From: Chiloscyllium plagiosum
Taxonomy: Eukaryota
DNA length: 20,000 bases
Reading direction: 5' to 3'
Assembly (NCBI RefSeq): GCF_004010195.1
Contig: NC_057757.1
Coordinates: 329,622 to 349,621, forward strand
Positions 19,950 to 20,000 of the stretch are shown here, one piece after another. Positions within the stretch are counted from its first letter, which is position 1; every line of letters starts with the position of its first letter. Position numbers and translations under genes: made by a program. Under the pieces are notes generated by a model. It saw nothing but the letters and a program-made list of their open reading frames with translations. It ran no database searches and was not told the origin of the DNA.

Positions 19950-20000
19950 GGGGGAGGTGGTGGAGGGGGGTGAGGGAGGAGGTGGAGGGGGGTGAGGGAG
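19950..20000. repeat. G-rich ~21-bp tandem repeat running off the window edge
   Basis: GGTGGAGGGGGGTGAGGGAG occurs twice. Confidence 0.7.

Overview
Repeat-dense vertebrate DNA, most likely a shark (inferred from HE1-type V-SINEs, HER1/CR1 LINEs and shark-type Penelope-like termini). The only recognisable host gene is the 5' end of a Discs-large MAGUK on the minus strand, most similar to DLG4/PSD-95 beta. It has two phase-compatible L27-domain exons (13858-13989, 6289-6362), a candidate 9-nt microexon (15027-15035), a candidate first exon (donor at 15320) and two opposed ZNF143-like motifs (15451-15468, 15633-15652). The rest is intronic or upstream mobile DNA: CR1, Tx1-like, RTE, Penelope-like elements with hammerhead-type cores, solo-LTR-like elements, a Tigger/pogo remnant, SINEs and three minisatellite families (33, 53, 71 bp). 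There is also a large inverted duplication (arms ~702-1355 and 2484-~3250) and a nested TE stack (15817-18900). A 130-N gap lies at 953-1082. I found no prokaryotic-type or clearly novel system. Family names come from motif recognition and memory, not database searches.
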